Shown: piece after piece, positions 1 to 8,458 of the stretch
How positions within the stretch are numbered: the first letter of the stretch is position 1
Layout of the letters: each line of letters starts with the position of its first letter
Source: Planctomycetota bacterium
GTDB lineage: Bacteria > Planctomycetota > UBA8108 > JACQVS01
NCBI GenBank assembly: GCA_028280485.1
Contig: JANQLS010000048.1
Span: 5,577 to 69,576 of the forward strand
Length of the DNA: 64,000 nucleotides
Reading direction: 5' to 3'
Program-made: the position numbers and the translations under genes
Notes under the pieces: generated by a model
Told to the model about the DNA's origin: nothing
What the model saw: only the letters and a program-made list of their open reading frames with translations
The model's database searches: none

Positions 1-1043
1 GATTCATAATTAAGAAAACGCCTCAAATCGCTTTCGAGATGAGAGGCACAAGAATATCGGCTTTTTGGATTTTTCTCTAAGCATTTTAAACAGATGGCTT
101 CGATGTCTTGAGGGATGTTTCTTCTTATCTTTCTTGGTATTGTAGGATCTTCATGAATTATTTTGTTTAATAGGTCTAAAGAATTAATACTGTCGAATGG
201 TGGCTTCCCAGTTAAGCATTGATAGAGCACTACACCCAAGCTGTAGATGTCTATTTGGTGGGTTAGTTTTTTGCCTTTGGTACTATTGGCTTGTTCTGGA
301 GCCATGTACCTGGGTGTGCCTATTAATTGATCAGAATTGGTAAGTGACTGATTAGAATTAAAATTTAACGCCAATCCAAAATCTGTTAAATATGGAGTAT
401 TGTCATCACTCAGTAAGATATTTCCTGGCTTGATATCTCTGTGGAGGATTCCATTTTTGTGAGACTCTTCAATAGCAGATGCTAACTTTTTAATTAGTTG
501 TGCGGATTCATGGGGAAATATAGTTGTTGATTTTAGTTTAGTAGAGAGATCTTCTCCTTTTATCAATTGCATTGCAATAAAGCCATGGTTCTCTGAATAA
601 CCATAGTCATAAATCTTTACAATGTTTGGATGTTCTAATTTGGCTGTAGATTCTACTTCTTGCTCAAATCGTTTTTTTGAAATCGGATCTGAAAGGTAGT
701 CTTTATGAATGATCTTTAATGCTACATCTCTTTTTAATTCGTTATCAAAGGCTCTATAAACTACACCTATGCCACCATGCCCAATCATTTCTCTGATGGT
801 GTATTTTTTTATTGAATTTCCAGGTGCAAAGTCGCTCTTAGTAACAAGATTTTTAAAGTCTTGGCAGGGGTTTTTGTATAAGGGGGAAAACAGATTTAGG
901 TCATCTAGGAAGTTTACTAACTCAGACTCGAATTCTGGATATTGCTTTAAAATTTCAAATCTTGATGGAGTATGGCCATCTCTGCTTGCATCGCAGATGT
1001 CTGCAATGATTTCATTGATTCTATCTTCTTTACTAAGTGTCAT
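1..1043 (-). CDS. Ser/Thr protein kinase, N-terminal ~347 aa (gene continues beyond window start)
   Basis: Reverse-strand translation from the ATG at 1043 shows kinase motifs GHGGIGVVYRA, VALK, HRDIKPGNIL, DFGLA and GTPRYMAPE. It is absent from the ORF track because the window edge truncates it. The plus-strand ORF 769..1047 is its shadow. Confidence 0.9.
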   Translation of the reverse strand, partial: MTLSKEDRINEIIADICDASRDGHTPSRFEILKQYPEFESELVNFLDDLNLFSPLYKNPCQDFKNLVTKSDFAPGNSIKKYTIREMIGHGGIGVVYRAFDNELKRDVALKIIHKDYLSDPISKKRFEQEVESTAKLEHPNIVKIYDYGYSENHGFIAMQLIKGEDLSTKLKSTTIFPHESAQLIKKLASAIEESHKNGILHRDIKPGNILLSDDNTPYLTDFGLALNFNSNQSLTNSDQLIGTPRYMAPEQANSTKGKKLTHQIDIYSLGVVLYQCLTGKPPFDSINSLDLLNKIIHEDPTIPRKIRRNIPQDIEAICLKCLEKNPKSRYSCASHLESDLRRFLNYE

Positions 1044-1050
1044 ATAGGGC

Positions 1051-1611
1051 CTAAGACTTGGAAGAGTTTAAGTAGGTGTCTATTTCTGCTCTTAGAGTTT
1101 TTAGAGCTCTTTTGACTAAGCCACCGACTGAGTGTCTCGTTTTCCCAAGCATTTCTGCAGCTTCCAACGTTTTCATTTTGTCTAAGGTGACTAAGATAAA
1201 AGCATTCCTTTGATCTTCAGGAAGTGAGGTTATGACTTGTTCAATCTTTAGAAGTAGTTCTTCAGCTTGAATTTTATCATTGGGGTCATCGCTAAAAGAA
1301 TGGGCTAAATTTTCGAGCTGAGTTGAATTTTGATCTAGTGACAGTTCTAAGTCGATATTTCGTTTTTCTCGTTTCTCAAACTTGATTTCATTTTTAACCG
1401 TATTGACTAATATTTTTCTCAACCATGCTCTTAATATTATTGAGGAATCACCCTTGAATTCATTCCTCTTATTATGAGCGTTGATTATTACTATTTGAGC
1501 GATATCAGATTCATCGACTCTTGCTTTACAATAACTGGTTAATAAACCATAGGCTAAGATTTTTAAATACGATCTATAGTTTTCTAAAATCATTCCATCG
1601 TTGTCTAACAT
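1051..1611 (-). CDS. ECF (sigma-70 family, group 4) RNA polymerase sigma factor
   Basis: Region 2-like segment (YLKILAYGLL...DESDIAQIVIINAH) and region 4 HTH (LPEDQRNAFILVTLDKMKTLEAAEMLGKTRHSVGGLVKRAL). The stop lies 8 nt before the kinase start, giving the sigma-kinase operon typical of PVC bacteria. Confidence 0.85.
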   Translation of the reverse strand: MLDNDGMILENYRSYLKILAYGLLTSYCKARVDESDIAQIVIINAHNKRNEFKGDSSIILRAWLRKILVNTVKNEIKFEKREKRNIDLELSLDQNSTQLENLAHSFSDDPNDKIQAEELLLKIEQVITSLPEDQRNAFILVTLDKMKTLEAAEMLGKTRHSVGGLVKRALKTLRAEIDTYLNSSKS

Positions 1612-1867
1612 TTCTTATGTTGATCCTTCAACTGAATTGTCTATTTAGATACAAATTAGTTTAGGAAATATAGTATGGATTTTATGACTACATTGCCAAT
1701 AGAAGTTGTCTACAACAATTAAATAATATTTATAGAATCTCGAATAATTGAAAAATACTTTAAACTCTAAATTTTAGTGACTCACTTAGGAGAGCACGTT
1801 GTCTAAGTAGGTAGGGCGGTAAGATTTGCCCTTCTAACATAAACTGAAATATTAGGGAGTTGCATCA

Positions 1868-2587
1868 ATGAAAACTAAGACGGCAATATTGATTATAGCC
1901 TTGGTGGCTGGCCTTACTCTTACCATCAAAATGCTTTTTACACCAATTACCGGAGATACAATTCATGCTGGGATTATTGACGCATTTGGGCCTATTAATA
2001 TAGATCGAAATGCTCAAGTAGAATTTTTGGATAGCAATGGGCAACCTTTAATTGGAGATGACTTAGCTGCTTTGGTCATGGTAGATTTAGGTGCAACAGG
2101 AGATAGAGCGAATGCCACCTCTTTGCAAACAGGAACCTTCACTGCAAATCCAATTAGGCACAACCTTCCTGGTGACATTGAAGTATATTTTTTATGGGAT
2201 GGTGGAATTGACGCAGTAAGAATCCATGGCGATGAGCGAGGGGGCCCTGGGGCAGGTGACTATCAGTTGTTTAGTGAAGGGCAATTAGTTGTAACAATTA
2301 GATCTACAGGAAAAGAGAACACTCTATCAAACCCTCGATCTAGTTTCACGGACTTAAACATTAACGAAGATTTCAATCTTTATACACCCGATTCTAATGT
2401 AGTTGGTGTTTTCCAGATTGAAAATATGGGTTCTGGCTCTGTGGAGATATATGGACAAGACCAAAATACACCGATGCAAATACTTACAGAAAGAGGGACA
2501 TATGTTATTTCATCAAATCGAATTACCTTAAGATCAAAATCTGATGGAGGGAGAGTTCTATATACTCCCTTGTCTTTTATCAGATAA
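1868..2587 (+). CDS. secreted hypothetical protein (signal peptide); C-terminal domain paralogous to 2599..3243
   Basis: N-terminal hydrophobic signal MKTKTAILIIALVAGLTL. Its C-terminal ~90 aa (GVFQIENMGSGSVEIYG...LRSKSDGGRVLYTPLSF) aligns with the C-terminus of the next gene. A 12-nt gap with a G-rich SD precedes the next gene. Confidence 0.5.
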   Translation: MKTKTAILIIALVAGLTLTIKMLFTPITGDTIHAGIIDAFGPINIDRNAQVEFLDSNGQPLIGDDLAALVMVDLGATGDRANATSLQTGTFTANPIRHNLPGDIEVYFLWDGGIDAVRIHGDERGGPGAGDYQLFSEGQLVVTIRSTGKENTLSNPRSSFTDLNINEDFNLYTPDSNVVGVFQIENMGSGSVEIYGQDQNTPMQILTERGTYVISSNRITLRSKSDGGRVLYTPLSFIR

Positions 2588-2598
2588 TAGGGGGGAGA

Positions 2599-3243
2599 AT
2601 GAAAACTCTAATAAGTTTCTTTATTATTTTATTTTGTACTTCTTTGCTCTCCTCTCAAGAAAGATTTATGAGGGGAGATGCAAACTTAGATGGTGAAAGC
2701 TCAGATATAACAGATGCTGTATATGTCTTACAATATCTGTTCTTGTCTGGTGATTCACTATGCCTTGATTCAATGGATGTTAATGATGATGGCAGAATTG
2801 ATATTACAGATCCAATAGTTGCATTGACATATCGATTTTTTGGGGCAAAACCCCCAGCTTACCCGTTTTCTGAGTGTGGTACCGATCCTACCCAGGATGA
2901 GCTTACCTGCAAGGTCGGGTATAAGAACTGTAGTCAATTTGAGGGAATTTGTTTACAAAACGATCTTTCGACCACCATTGGTGAAACTTTGTGCACTATC
3001 TTTAAGATTCAGTTGGAAGAGGGGAAATTGTTTGAGATTTACGTATCTGAATCTGGATTAGTGGGAGAGTTTAAAATTAAAAATGTCGGCCCAGGAGGAT
3101 TGTTTATTCATTCAGTCAATCCTAATGGGGGAGAAGAGTTAAGTTTGTCTAAAGGACAAGAGACTCTAGTGTATGGAACAAATGTGTCGATAATTTCGAC
3201 CGCGGCATCTGTAGTCAGAGTTTGCTCATTAAGTTTTGATTGA
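2599..3243 (+). CDS. secreted protein with dockerin-like double EF-hand (Ca-binding) module
   Basis: Signal peptide, then DANLDGESSDITDAVYVLQYLF and DVNDDGRIDITDPIVALTYRFFG repeats (dockerin type I-like DxNxDGxID) followed by a Cys-containing PPAYPFSECGTD tail. Confidence 0.55.
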   Translation: MKTLISFFIILFCTSLLSSQERFMRGDANLDGESSDITDAVYVLQYLFLSGDSLCLDSMDVNDDGRIDITDPIVALTYRFFGAKPPAYPFSECGTDPTQDELTCKVGYKNCSQFEGICLQNDLSTTIGETLCTIFKIQLEEGKLFEIYVSESGLVGEFKIKNVGPGGLFIHSVNPNGGEELSLSKGQETLVYGTNVSIISTAASVVRVCSLSFD

Positions 3244-3260
3244 TATCGTTCTCATTAGTA

Positions 3261-3295
3261 TTTACCTTAGATAATAGGAAAAAGGTAAATTTCTT
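3261..3295 (+). terminator. putative intrinsic terminator after 2599..3243
   Basis: Stem tttacctt / aaggtaaa (8 bp) followed by tttctt. The loop is long (13 nt), so this is weak. Confidence 0.3.
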
Positions 3296-3342
3296 GAACA
3301 GTATTCAACTTGAGAACTAAACTTGACATTTAAATTGAAACA

Positions 3343-3777
3343 ATGAAAAGGAAACTCATCCAAAATTGCCCACCAGAAATTAAAGAGCCATGCCCAGTAG
3401 CTTGGGAATCTTTAAAATCGACAGACAATGAGAATGTTCGATTTTGTAAGGTGTGCGATAAGAATGTTTATTTTTGCAAGGATTCGGAAGAGGTTTCCTT
3501 GCATGCAGGTCTCAATCATTGTGTTGCAATGAATCACCAGGTGGGCCTTGATTTACCTATTCTTTTTTTGGGAAAGCCTAGGCAAGTGGAGTATACAGAA
3601 AGGCAAATGGCTGATTCTAAAGTTGATATGAAACAAATGTGTCGATCGGCAGTTCTGGTTGACCTAAAGTACTCCAATCGTTGTTGTATTAAATGCCGAT
3701 TTCCAATTGCCTCTTTTATTCGAGAATGCCGAATGTGTAGTGGAAGTAAATCATTGGGCTTTGACATGAATTCTTGA
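3343..3777 (+). CDS. Cys-rich hypothetical protein (zinc-ribbon-like CxxC pairs)
   Basis: ORF with CPPEIKEPCP...CKVCDKNVYFCKD and a C-terminal CCIKC...CRMC cluster. No recognisable family. Confidence 0.4.
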   Translation: MKRKLIQNCPPEIKEPCPVAWESLKSTDNENVRFCKVCDKNVYFCKDSEEVSLHAGLNHCVAMNHQVGLDLPILFLGKPRQVEYTERQMADSKVDMKQMCRSAVLVDLKYSNRCCIKCRFPIASFIRECRMCSGSKSLGFDMNS

Positions 3778-3910
3778 AGGGCATTTTTTATTGAATTTAA
3801 GGATTAGAATTCATTGAGTTGCGTAATTCACAAAATCCCATTGTGTAAAGCGATAGCCGGAATTCTTCATCTAACTTGTAAAGAATGATTAGAAGAATTC
3901 ATTCAAATCA

Positions 3911-3936
3911 TCACCGTATCATTGATACGTTTCACC
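3911..3936. repeat. 7-1-7 palindrome CGTATCA-t-TGATACG with asymmetric flanks (copy 1)
   Basis: The perfect palindrome spans 3915..3929. An inverted copy lies at 4201..4227. Confidence 0.6.
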
Positions 3937-4044
3937 CCAAAATCGGGCGATATCCAACGCAAGACTTGAAATTTGGGATTTGTGTTAGTATAAGATTACT
4001 AAGAGGTTACAGTTTTTAGCGAAGCAAATATATTTCTCTGGGGG

Positions 4045-4082
4045 TCAGAAGGTCGGGGGTTCAAATCCCTCCGCCACGACCA
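4045..4082 (+). tRNA. tRNA 3'-terminal fragment (variable loop, T-arm, acceptor 3' strand, discriminator A, encoded CCA); no intact 5' half
   Basis: aGGTC GGGGG TTCAAAT CCCTC CGCCACG A CCA fits canonical numbering: T-loop TTCAAAT, 5-bp T-stem, 7-nt acceptor strand. No complementary 5' acceptor strand (YGUGGYG) or D-arm is found upstream, so this is a partial, att-type remnant. Confidence 0.5.
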
Positions 4083-4095
4083 GTTATTATTAATA

Positions 4096-4127
4096 GACTC
4101 ACGACGGAAGTTGTGAGTCTTTTTTTG
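4096..4127 (+). terminator. rho-independent terminator immediately after the tRNA fragment
   Basis: 10-bp stem gactcacgac / gttgtgagtc (one G-U pair) with a GGAA (GNRA) tetraloop, followed by 7 T. Confidence 0.65.
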
Positions 4128-4200
4128 TGAGTATGGCTGGTGCTGAGTTTCGCACTTGCGAAACACCCGTCGTTCGAAGGCGCGGCTGTAACCCTTAAAT

Positions 4201-4227
4201 AAAACGTATCAATTGATACGGTGATTA
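4201..4227. repeat. 7-2-7 palindrome CGTATCA-at-TGATACG (copy 2, inverted relative to copy 1)
   Basis: With its flanks (aaaaCGTATCAatTGATACGgtga) this is the reverse complement of 3911..3936 with a 1-nt insertion. The two copies bracket the tRNA fragment and terminator. Confidence 0.6.
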
Positions 4228-4379
4228 AAAAAAGGGAGTTGCCGCGCTGTTCGTTCGCACCTTTTTCCTTCCTTTGCGAACCTCTTCGCGATTTCCTCCC
4301 TTGAGACAAATTGGCTTTCTCGAGCAATTGGAGTGCTTTTAAAAACCTGATCCATCTGTTATGAAGGTAATTACACCAA

Positions 4380-4682
4380 TTGGTAAGGAGACCTTCAATG
4401 CCCAGAAGAAGAAAACGTCATTCCCCTGAACAAATCATTAAAAAGCTTCGAGATGCCGATGCCATGCTGCAAGCAGGCAAAGATATCGCCGCAGTTCTGC
4501 AAGCCTTAGAAGTCAGTGAATCCACCTACATTCGTTGGAAAAATCAGTACGGCGGAATGAAAGCAGAAGAAGCCAAGCGTCTCAAAGAGCTTGAAGACGA
4601 AAATAAGCGCCTCAAGCAGTTGGTCGCCGACCAAGCCTTGGATATCCAAATGCTTAAGCACATCTCTGAGGGAAACTGGTAA
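4380..4682 (+). CDS. IS3-family transposase OrfA (HTH plus leucine-zipper part)
   Basis: MPRRRKRHSPEQIIKKL...STYIRWKNQYGGM...EAKRLKELEDENKRLKQLVADQALDIQMLK is the canonical IS3/IS407-group OrfA. Confidence 0.85.
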   Translation: MVRRPSMPRRRKRHSPEQIIKKLRDADAMLQAGKDIAAVLQALEVSESTYIRWKNQYGGMKAEEAKRLKELEDENKRLKQLVADQALDIQMLKHISEGNW

Positions 4683-4744
4683 ACCCTTCTTGAAAGCGTG
4701 CCGCCGTCAAAGAGCTACAAGGTAGATTCGAAATTTCTGAGTGA

Positions 4745-5578
4745 CGAGCCTGCAAGGTTGTCGATCAGCCAAGAAGCAGCCAGCGCTACAAAACGAAACC
4801 AAGGCTCGATGAAAAGCCCTTGGTTGACCGGATGCTGCATTTAGCTCGTCTTCGCCCACCCTTTGGTTACCGAAGGGTAGCCAAGCTTCTTCAGGCTGAA
4901 GCTTGGAACGCAAGCGAAACTCGAATCTACCGACTCTGGCGCCAAGAAGGGCTAAAAGTACCGCAGAAAAGACGTAAACGCAGGCGATTAGGCAACAGCC
5001 AAAACGCTTGCGATAAGCTTCAGGCAACGCGGCCCAACGATGTTTGGTGTTGGGATTTTGTTTTCGATCGGACTCATTCAGGAAGCCAATTAAAGTGGCT
5101 GACGATTGTCGATGAATTCACCCGAGAATGCTTAACATTAAAGGTTGATCGAAGCATTGATAGTGAAAGTATTATCGACACTCTTATCGACCTCATCGCA
5201 AAGAGAGGAGCACCCAATAAAATTCGAAGCGACAATGGCCCTGAATTAACCTCTAAGAGAATCAGGCGATGGTTGAAGGGGATTGATATCAACACCCTTT
5301 ATATCGAACCTGGTTGCCCTTGGGAGAATGGGTACGCCGAAAGTTTCCATAGATGCTTTCGAGATGAATTCTTAGCCATGGAAGAGTTCGAAAATTGAAC
5401 CGCCGCGAAAAAACTTACAACTCAATAGAGGGACGATTACAACTACCACAGACCTCACAGCTTACTGGATTACCTGACTCCAGTGGAATTCGCAACTCGT
5501 TGTACTGCTTCCGTTACGGCTTCGGCTACGCCTCAGCCTTCACTCCAGCAGTACAACGGTGACCCCAAGTTAAACTGA
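4745..5578 (+). pseudogene. IS3-family transposase OrfB (DDE integrase core) with a disrupted C-terminus
   Basis: The open frame from 4745 holds a DDE core (DVWCWDFVFDRTHSGSQLKWLTIVDEFTRECL...IRSDNGPELTS...). After EEFEN the frame shifts, and the conserved tail RDDYNYHRPHSLLDYLTPVEF is preceded by an in-frame TAG where W is expected (KLTTQ*RDDYN). There is no overlap with orfA. Confidence 0.7.
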
Positions 5579-6033
5579 ACTTTCATAAGGGGTGGTACAG
5601 GAAATTAAAGCCATCCAGTGCGATTGGCGTTGGTTTTAATTCGTCGAATCCAAGAGGAAATTGAGTTTTAGTACGGATTAAAGTGACTTCTTAGAACGCC
5701 AATAGTGAGGCACCTACCCGTGAATTTTAGTTCCGAATCGAGTTCGGGAAGTCTTTATAGACGAAATTTAAAAAAATCTGAGTCTCAATTTATTCTGGTC
5801 CCCGGGTTAACCTGATCTAAATAACCCCAAAAGTGACCCCAATTAATCAGAGCCCTGTTAGTTTGAGCAGAAATGTAGTTACTTTCCGTTAAATTAACAG
5901 GAAGGCCAGTAGGACGAGTTGCAACTCAATACAGTGCTTGGATTTATGGGTTTGAGGTCTTCCGGCTTGGAAGGTATGATCTGGGAGCTTGAGTTTCTAA
6001 TTTCAATCTTAAAGCCAAAAGGGAGGAACCATG

Positions 6034-6138
6034 ATGGCTGAGATTTTATTCTTAGGAGCAACCTCGTTCGCCTTGGCGATGTTGGCTTTAGTTGTGGTGA
6101 TCGTTCTTAAAGAAACGTTCACACCCCCAACTAAGTAA
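6034..6138 (+). CDS. small hydrophobic peptide (34-35 aa, single TM helix)
   Basis: M(M)AEILFLGATSFALAMLALVVVIVLKETFTPPTK. SD GGGAGG sits at 6021..6026, 7 nt before the ATG at 6034. A strong terminator lies 25 nt downstream. It is below the ORF-track size cutoff. Confidence 0.45.
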   Translation: MAEILFLGATSFALAMLALVVVIVLKETFTPPTK

Positions 6139-6162
6139 AGTCAACACAAGTTGTTCTACTTA

Positions 6163-6201
6163 AAGCCAGCTGCAATGTAGCGATTGCAGCTGGCTTTTTT
6201 T
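6163..6201 (+). terminator. strong rho-independent terminator
   Basis: Perfect 14-bp stem aagccagctgcaat / attgcagctggctt with loop gtagcg, followed by 6 T. Confidence 0.75.
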
Positions 6202-6306
6202 ATGGTTATTGGGCCCACTCCTAATTTCAAACTCATTCATTTTTATGTCGAAGAGAAACGAGCACAGAAGTGTTTAACCACGATTAATCGGATTCTTAAT
6301 TTGGGA

Positions 6307-7560
6307 TTATTCTTTCTTCGCTTGCTCGGAGTTCTTAGATTTCTTAGTTTTTAATACCATGCAAACTACCCCATTATCTTTCGCCCTTTCTACAAAGTTT
6401 TCAACATCCTCCGAGTGCTCATTTGCTATCCCGTCATCAACCAAAACCAAATCAACTAAAGACGGAATAATTTGAGCGAATTCTCGAATGAAGTATTTTC
6501 TTCTTAGTTTTGCGCTGTCAAATAATAATACTTTTAAATTCCCCCTGGAAAGGAGCTCCGACTTCATTTCTGCTTCAGCCGGATCATCACAATATACTTT
6601 TCCTGACCTGTAGCCCGTCACTCCGATTACGGACAAGTCAAAATTAAACTGCCAATCCTTCAGTGCTTGTTGAGCGAGTAAGCCACATACACTATCCCTT
6701 TCTGACCTAATTTGACCTCCAATAATACAAACAGCCGTAGTGTTAGTGACTTTCTTTGAAGCGGTAAGACTGTGAGCAATTGAAGGTGAGTTTGTGATGA
6801 TTCTAAAAGTAATGGTTTTCTTTTCGGGAGTCCCATCAATATCAAGATCAATGTCTAAAGGAAGTTTAACTACTTGTTGAACCATTAGCTGAGCAATTTG
6901 GGTGGTGGTGGAACCAGAATCAAGTGCAAGGTTTACTTTGGGCTTTTCCCAGATCTCTATTAGCTTCGTATTTAATCTCTCTTTAGCCTTAGTACTGCCG
7001 TGTGAAGTAAATTCAATTTTTGGATTTTTAAAGCTGCATTTAAAGATAACCTCATAAAAAAGCTTAGCTAGGTTTGTTTTACACTTGGGGCGATGCTGTT
7101 CTCTGGCCGTTCGAGTTTCTTGGTGGTCTCTAACCAATTCTGCGGTGGCTGTCGGCCCGCTCTTTCCAGCTTTGATTTTTACTTGAGCTCCGGAGCGAAA
7201 GAGGAATTTACTATTGAGGTCTTCGATAGCGGTTCTGACTTCAGCGTGGCCGACTGTTTTTTCGCCCTTCTTACTTGCCTTATTAGGAAATTTTTCAATA
7301 TGGGTTTTTAGTTCCGTTAAGAAATTTAAGTCTTGTTGGTCAAGATTAGATTCAATGAACTGAATCGTTTTCTGAATATATTTCCCTCTGTTGTCATTAT
7401 CTTTATCGTAGGCAAGATTATATTTATTAGATAAATCTTTTAAGGTGATTACTTTACCTAATTGATCTACATCGAAATAATCGATTAAATAATCTTTAAG
7501 GTGCTGTGACTTATCCTGTTTTACTCTCGGTTTTTTTTTGCTTTTCTTCGATTGTGACAT
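6307..7560 (-). CDS. regulator-like protein: DeoR-type C-terminal effector-binding domain fused to an atypical Lys-rich N-terminal region
   Basis: The C-terminal ~200 aa match DeoR-C motifs (LALDSGSTTTQIAQ, IITNSPSIAHSL, CIIGGQIR, GLLAQQAL, FDLSVIGVTG, DPAEAEMKSELL, KVLLFDSAKL, DLVLVDDG). The N-terminal ~210 aa (MSQSKKSKKKPRVKQDK...) show no canonical DeoR HTH. Codons 8-10 are an A9 homopolymer. Confidence 0.6.
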   Translation of the reverse strand: MSQSKKSKKKPRVKQDKSQHLKDYLIDYFDVDQLGKVITLKDLSNKYNLAYDKDNDNRGKYIQKTIQFIESNLDQQDLNFLTELKTHIEKFPNKASKKGEKTVGHAEVRTAIEDLNSKFLFRSGAQVKIKAGKSGPTATAELVRDHQETRTAREQHRPKCKTNLAKLFYEVIFKCSFKNPKIEFTSHGSTKAKERLNTKLIEIWEKPKVNLALDSGSTTTQIAQLMVQQVVKLPLDIDLDIDGTPEKKTITFRIITNSPSIAHSLTASKKVTNTTAVCIIGGQIRSERDSVCGLLAQQALKDWQFNFDLSVIGVTGYRSGKVYCDDPAEAEMKSELLSRGNLKVLLFDSAKLRRKYFIREFAQIIPSLVDLVLVDDGIANEHSEDVENFVERAKDNGVVCMVLKTKKSKNSEQAKKE

Positions 7561-7990
7561 GTAAATCTCAACTCCGTAGGTGATCGTATTATTAGATGAA
7601 ATGGTTGATTGACTAAAATGAAACCCTCGTCAATTTGGCTGAAGTGAATTTGTTAATTATTATGATGCTAAGGGATCAGTAAATGGATTTATTTTTTCTA
7701 AACTAATAATATATCAATTGTATACTTAAAAAATTATCCCTTTTGAAGATTAAATACGCATTATTCTGTTCAATTAACTAATATCTAAAAAAATAACAAT
7801 TCTGGTTTATTTTGAATCATTCCGGCCGACTTGTAGTCGGCGTTCATCGTCTCGTAAAGCTCTTCACTCAGAATGGGACACCTAAATTTAATTGCTCTGA
7901 TATTGATTCAGAATAAACGGATTTTATTTGCTTTGTCGTCAGAGCTACTGCCGATAAGAACAAAGCTTGCGAGAGCAAACGAGTGCTTCT

Positions 7991-8458
7991 TTAGTTCACC
8001 TCAAAGGGGAATGGTCTCGGCGAATCAAAGGTTGCGTTGTCATAGCTATTACGCATTTTCTTTCCTGCTTGAGGATCTTGGACAATTTCTAATTGAGCTC
8101 TAGCTATCCACCAACCTGCAGTCATTGAGATTTTAAAATAATAAGACTGTCCCGCCTCAACTGGAAAGGAAGCTTCTGACCTTGCTTCAGTTCCTACAAA
8201 CATTTTTACATTTCCAGTTGGAACATTGTAGCTTACAAAATCGGAGACACCTAATTCTCCAACATGCATATCATTGATGTACACTCCCGGGCTTACTGCA
8301 GCACCCACCCAGCTCCCATCTCTTAAGACAATAATTTCAGCGGAGTCCGTCCCATTTGGAAGGGAGGGAGGAGGAGTGTTGAGTTTAATAGGAGTGAGAC
8401 TACAGCCCGCCAATGTGACAGAGGAAAATAAGATAAAGATTAAAGAAAGCGTTTTCAT
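7991..8458 (-). CDS. lipoprotein, DUF2846-like
   Basis: Lipobox LAGC after a signal peptide, then a beta-rich ~130-aa domain with GVYINDMHVGELGVSDFVSYNVPTGNVKMF, resembling DUF2846. Plus-strand ORFs 7873..8103 and 8274..8489 are shadows. Confidence 0.5.
   Translation of the reverse strand: MKTLSLIFILFSSVTLAGCSLTPIKLNTPPPSLPNGTDSAEIIVLRDGSWVGAAVSPGVYINDMHVGELGVSDFVSYNVPTGNVKMFVGTEARSEASFPVEAGQSYYFKISMTAGWWIARAQLEIVQDPQAGKKMRNSYDNATFDSPRPFPFEVN

Larger units (their letters stand above)
4358..5588 (+). mobile_element. IS3-family insertion sequence, degenerate (boundaries approximate)
   Basis: It holds OrfA and a DDE OrfB in IS3 arrangement. Both ends carry TTATGAAGGT / ACTTTCATAA-like imperfect inverted termini. 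No overlapping -1 frameshift window remains between orfA and orfB, and the orfB 3' end is disrupted. Confidence 0.55.

Noticed and set aside
769-1047. Plus-strand ORF (92 aa)
   Set aside because: It lies entirely inside the minus-strand Ser/Thr kinase, whose motifs are unambiguous, so it is a shadow ORF.
3990-4082. Complete tRNA or tmRNA gene
   Set aside because: The acceptor 3' strand CGCCACG has no complementary 5' strand within 70-95 nt upstream, and no D-arm or anticodon stem can be formed. tmRNA is excluded because there is no GGGG 5' end and no tag reading frame. Only the 3' ~38 nt are tRNA-like.
4061-4327. Minus-strand ORF (88 aa) overlapping the tRNA fragment and terminator
   Set aside because: It spans the structured non-coding region, has a low-complexity Arg/Gly-rich translation and no RBS context, so it is spurious.
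4707-5295. Minus-strand ORFs 4707..5027 and 5074..5295 inside the IS
   Set aside because: They are antisense to the transposase frames with no supporting signals.
4820-5398. Intact IS3 transposase OrfB as given in the ORF track
   Set aside because: The reading frame is open from 4745. The conserved C-terminal tail lies in another frame after a TAG, and no frameshift window with orfA exists, so this is a decayed gene.
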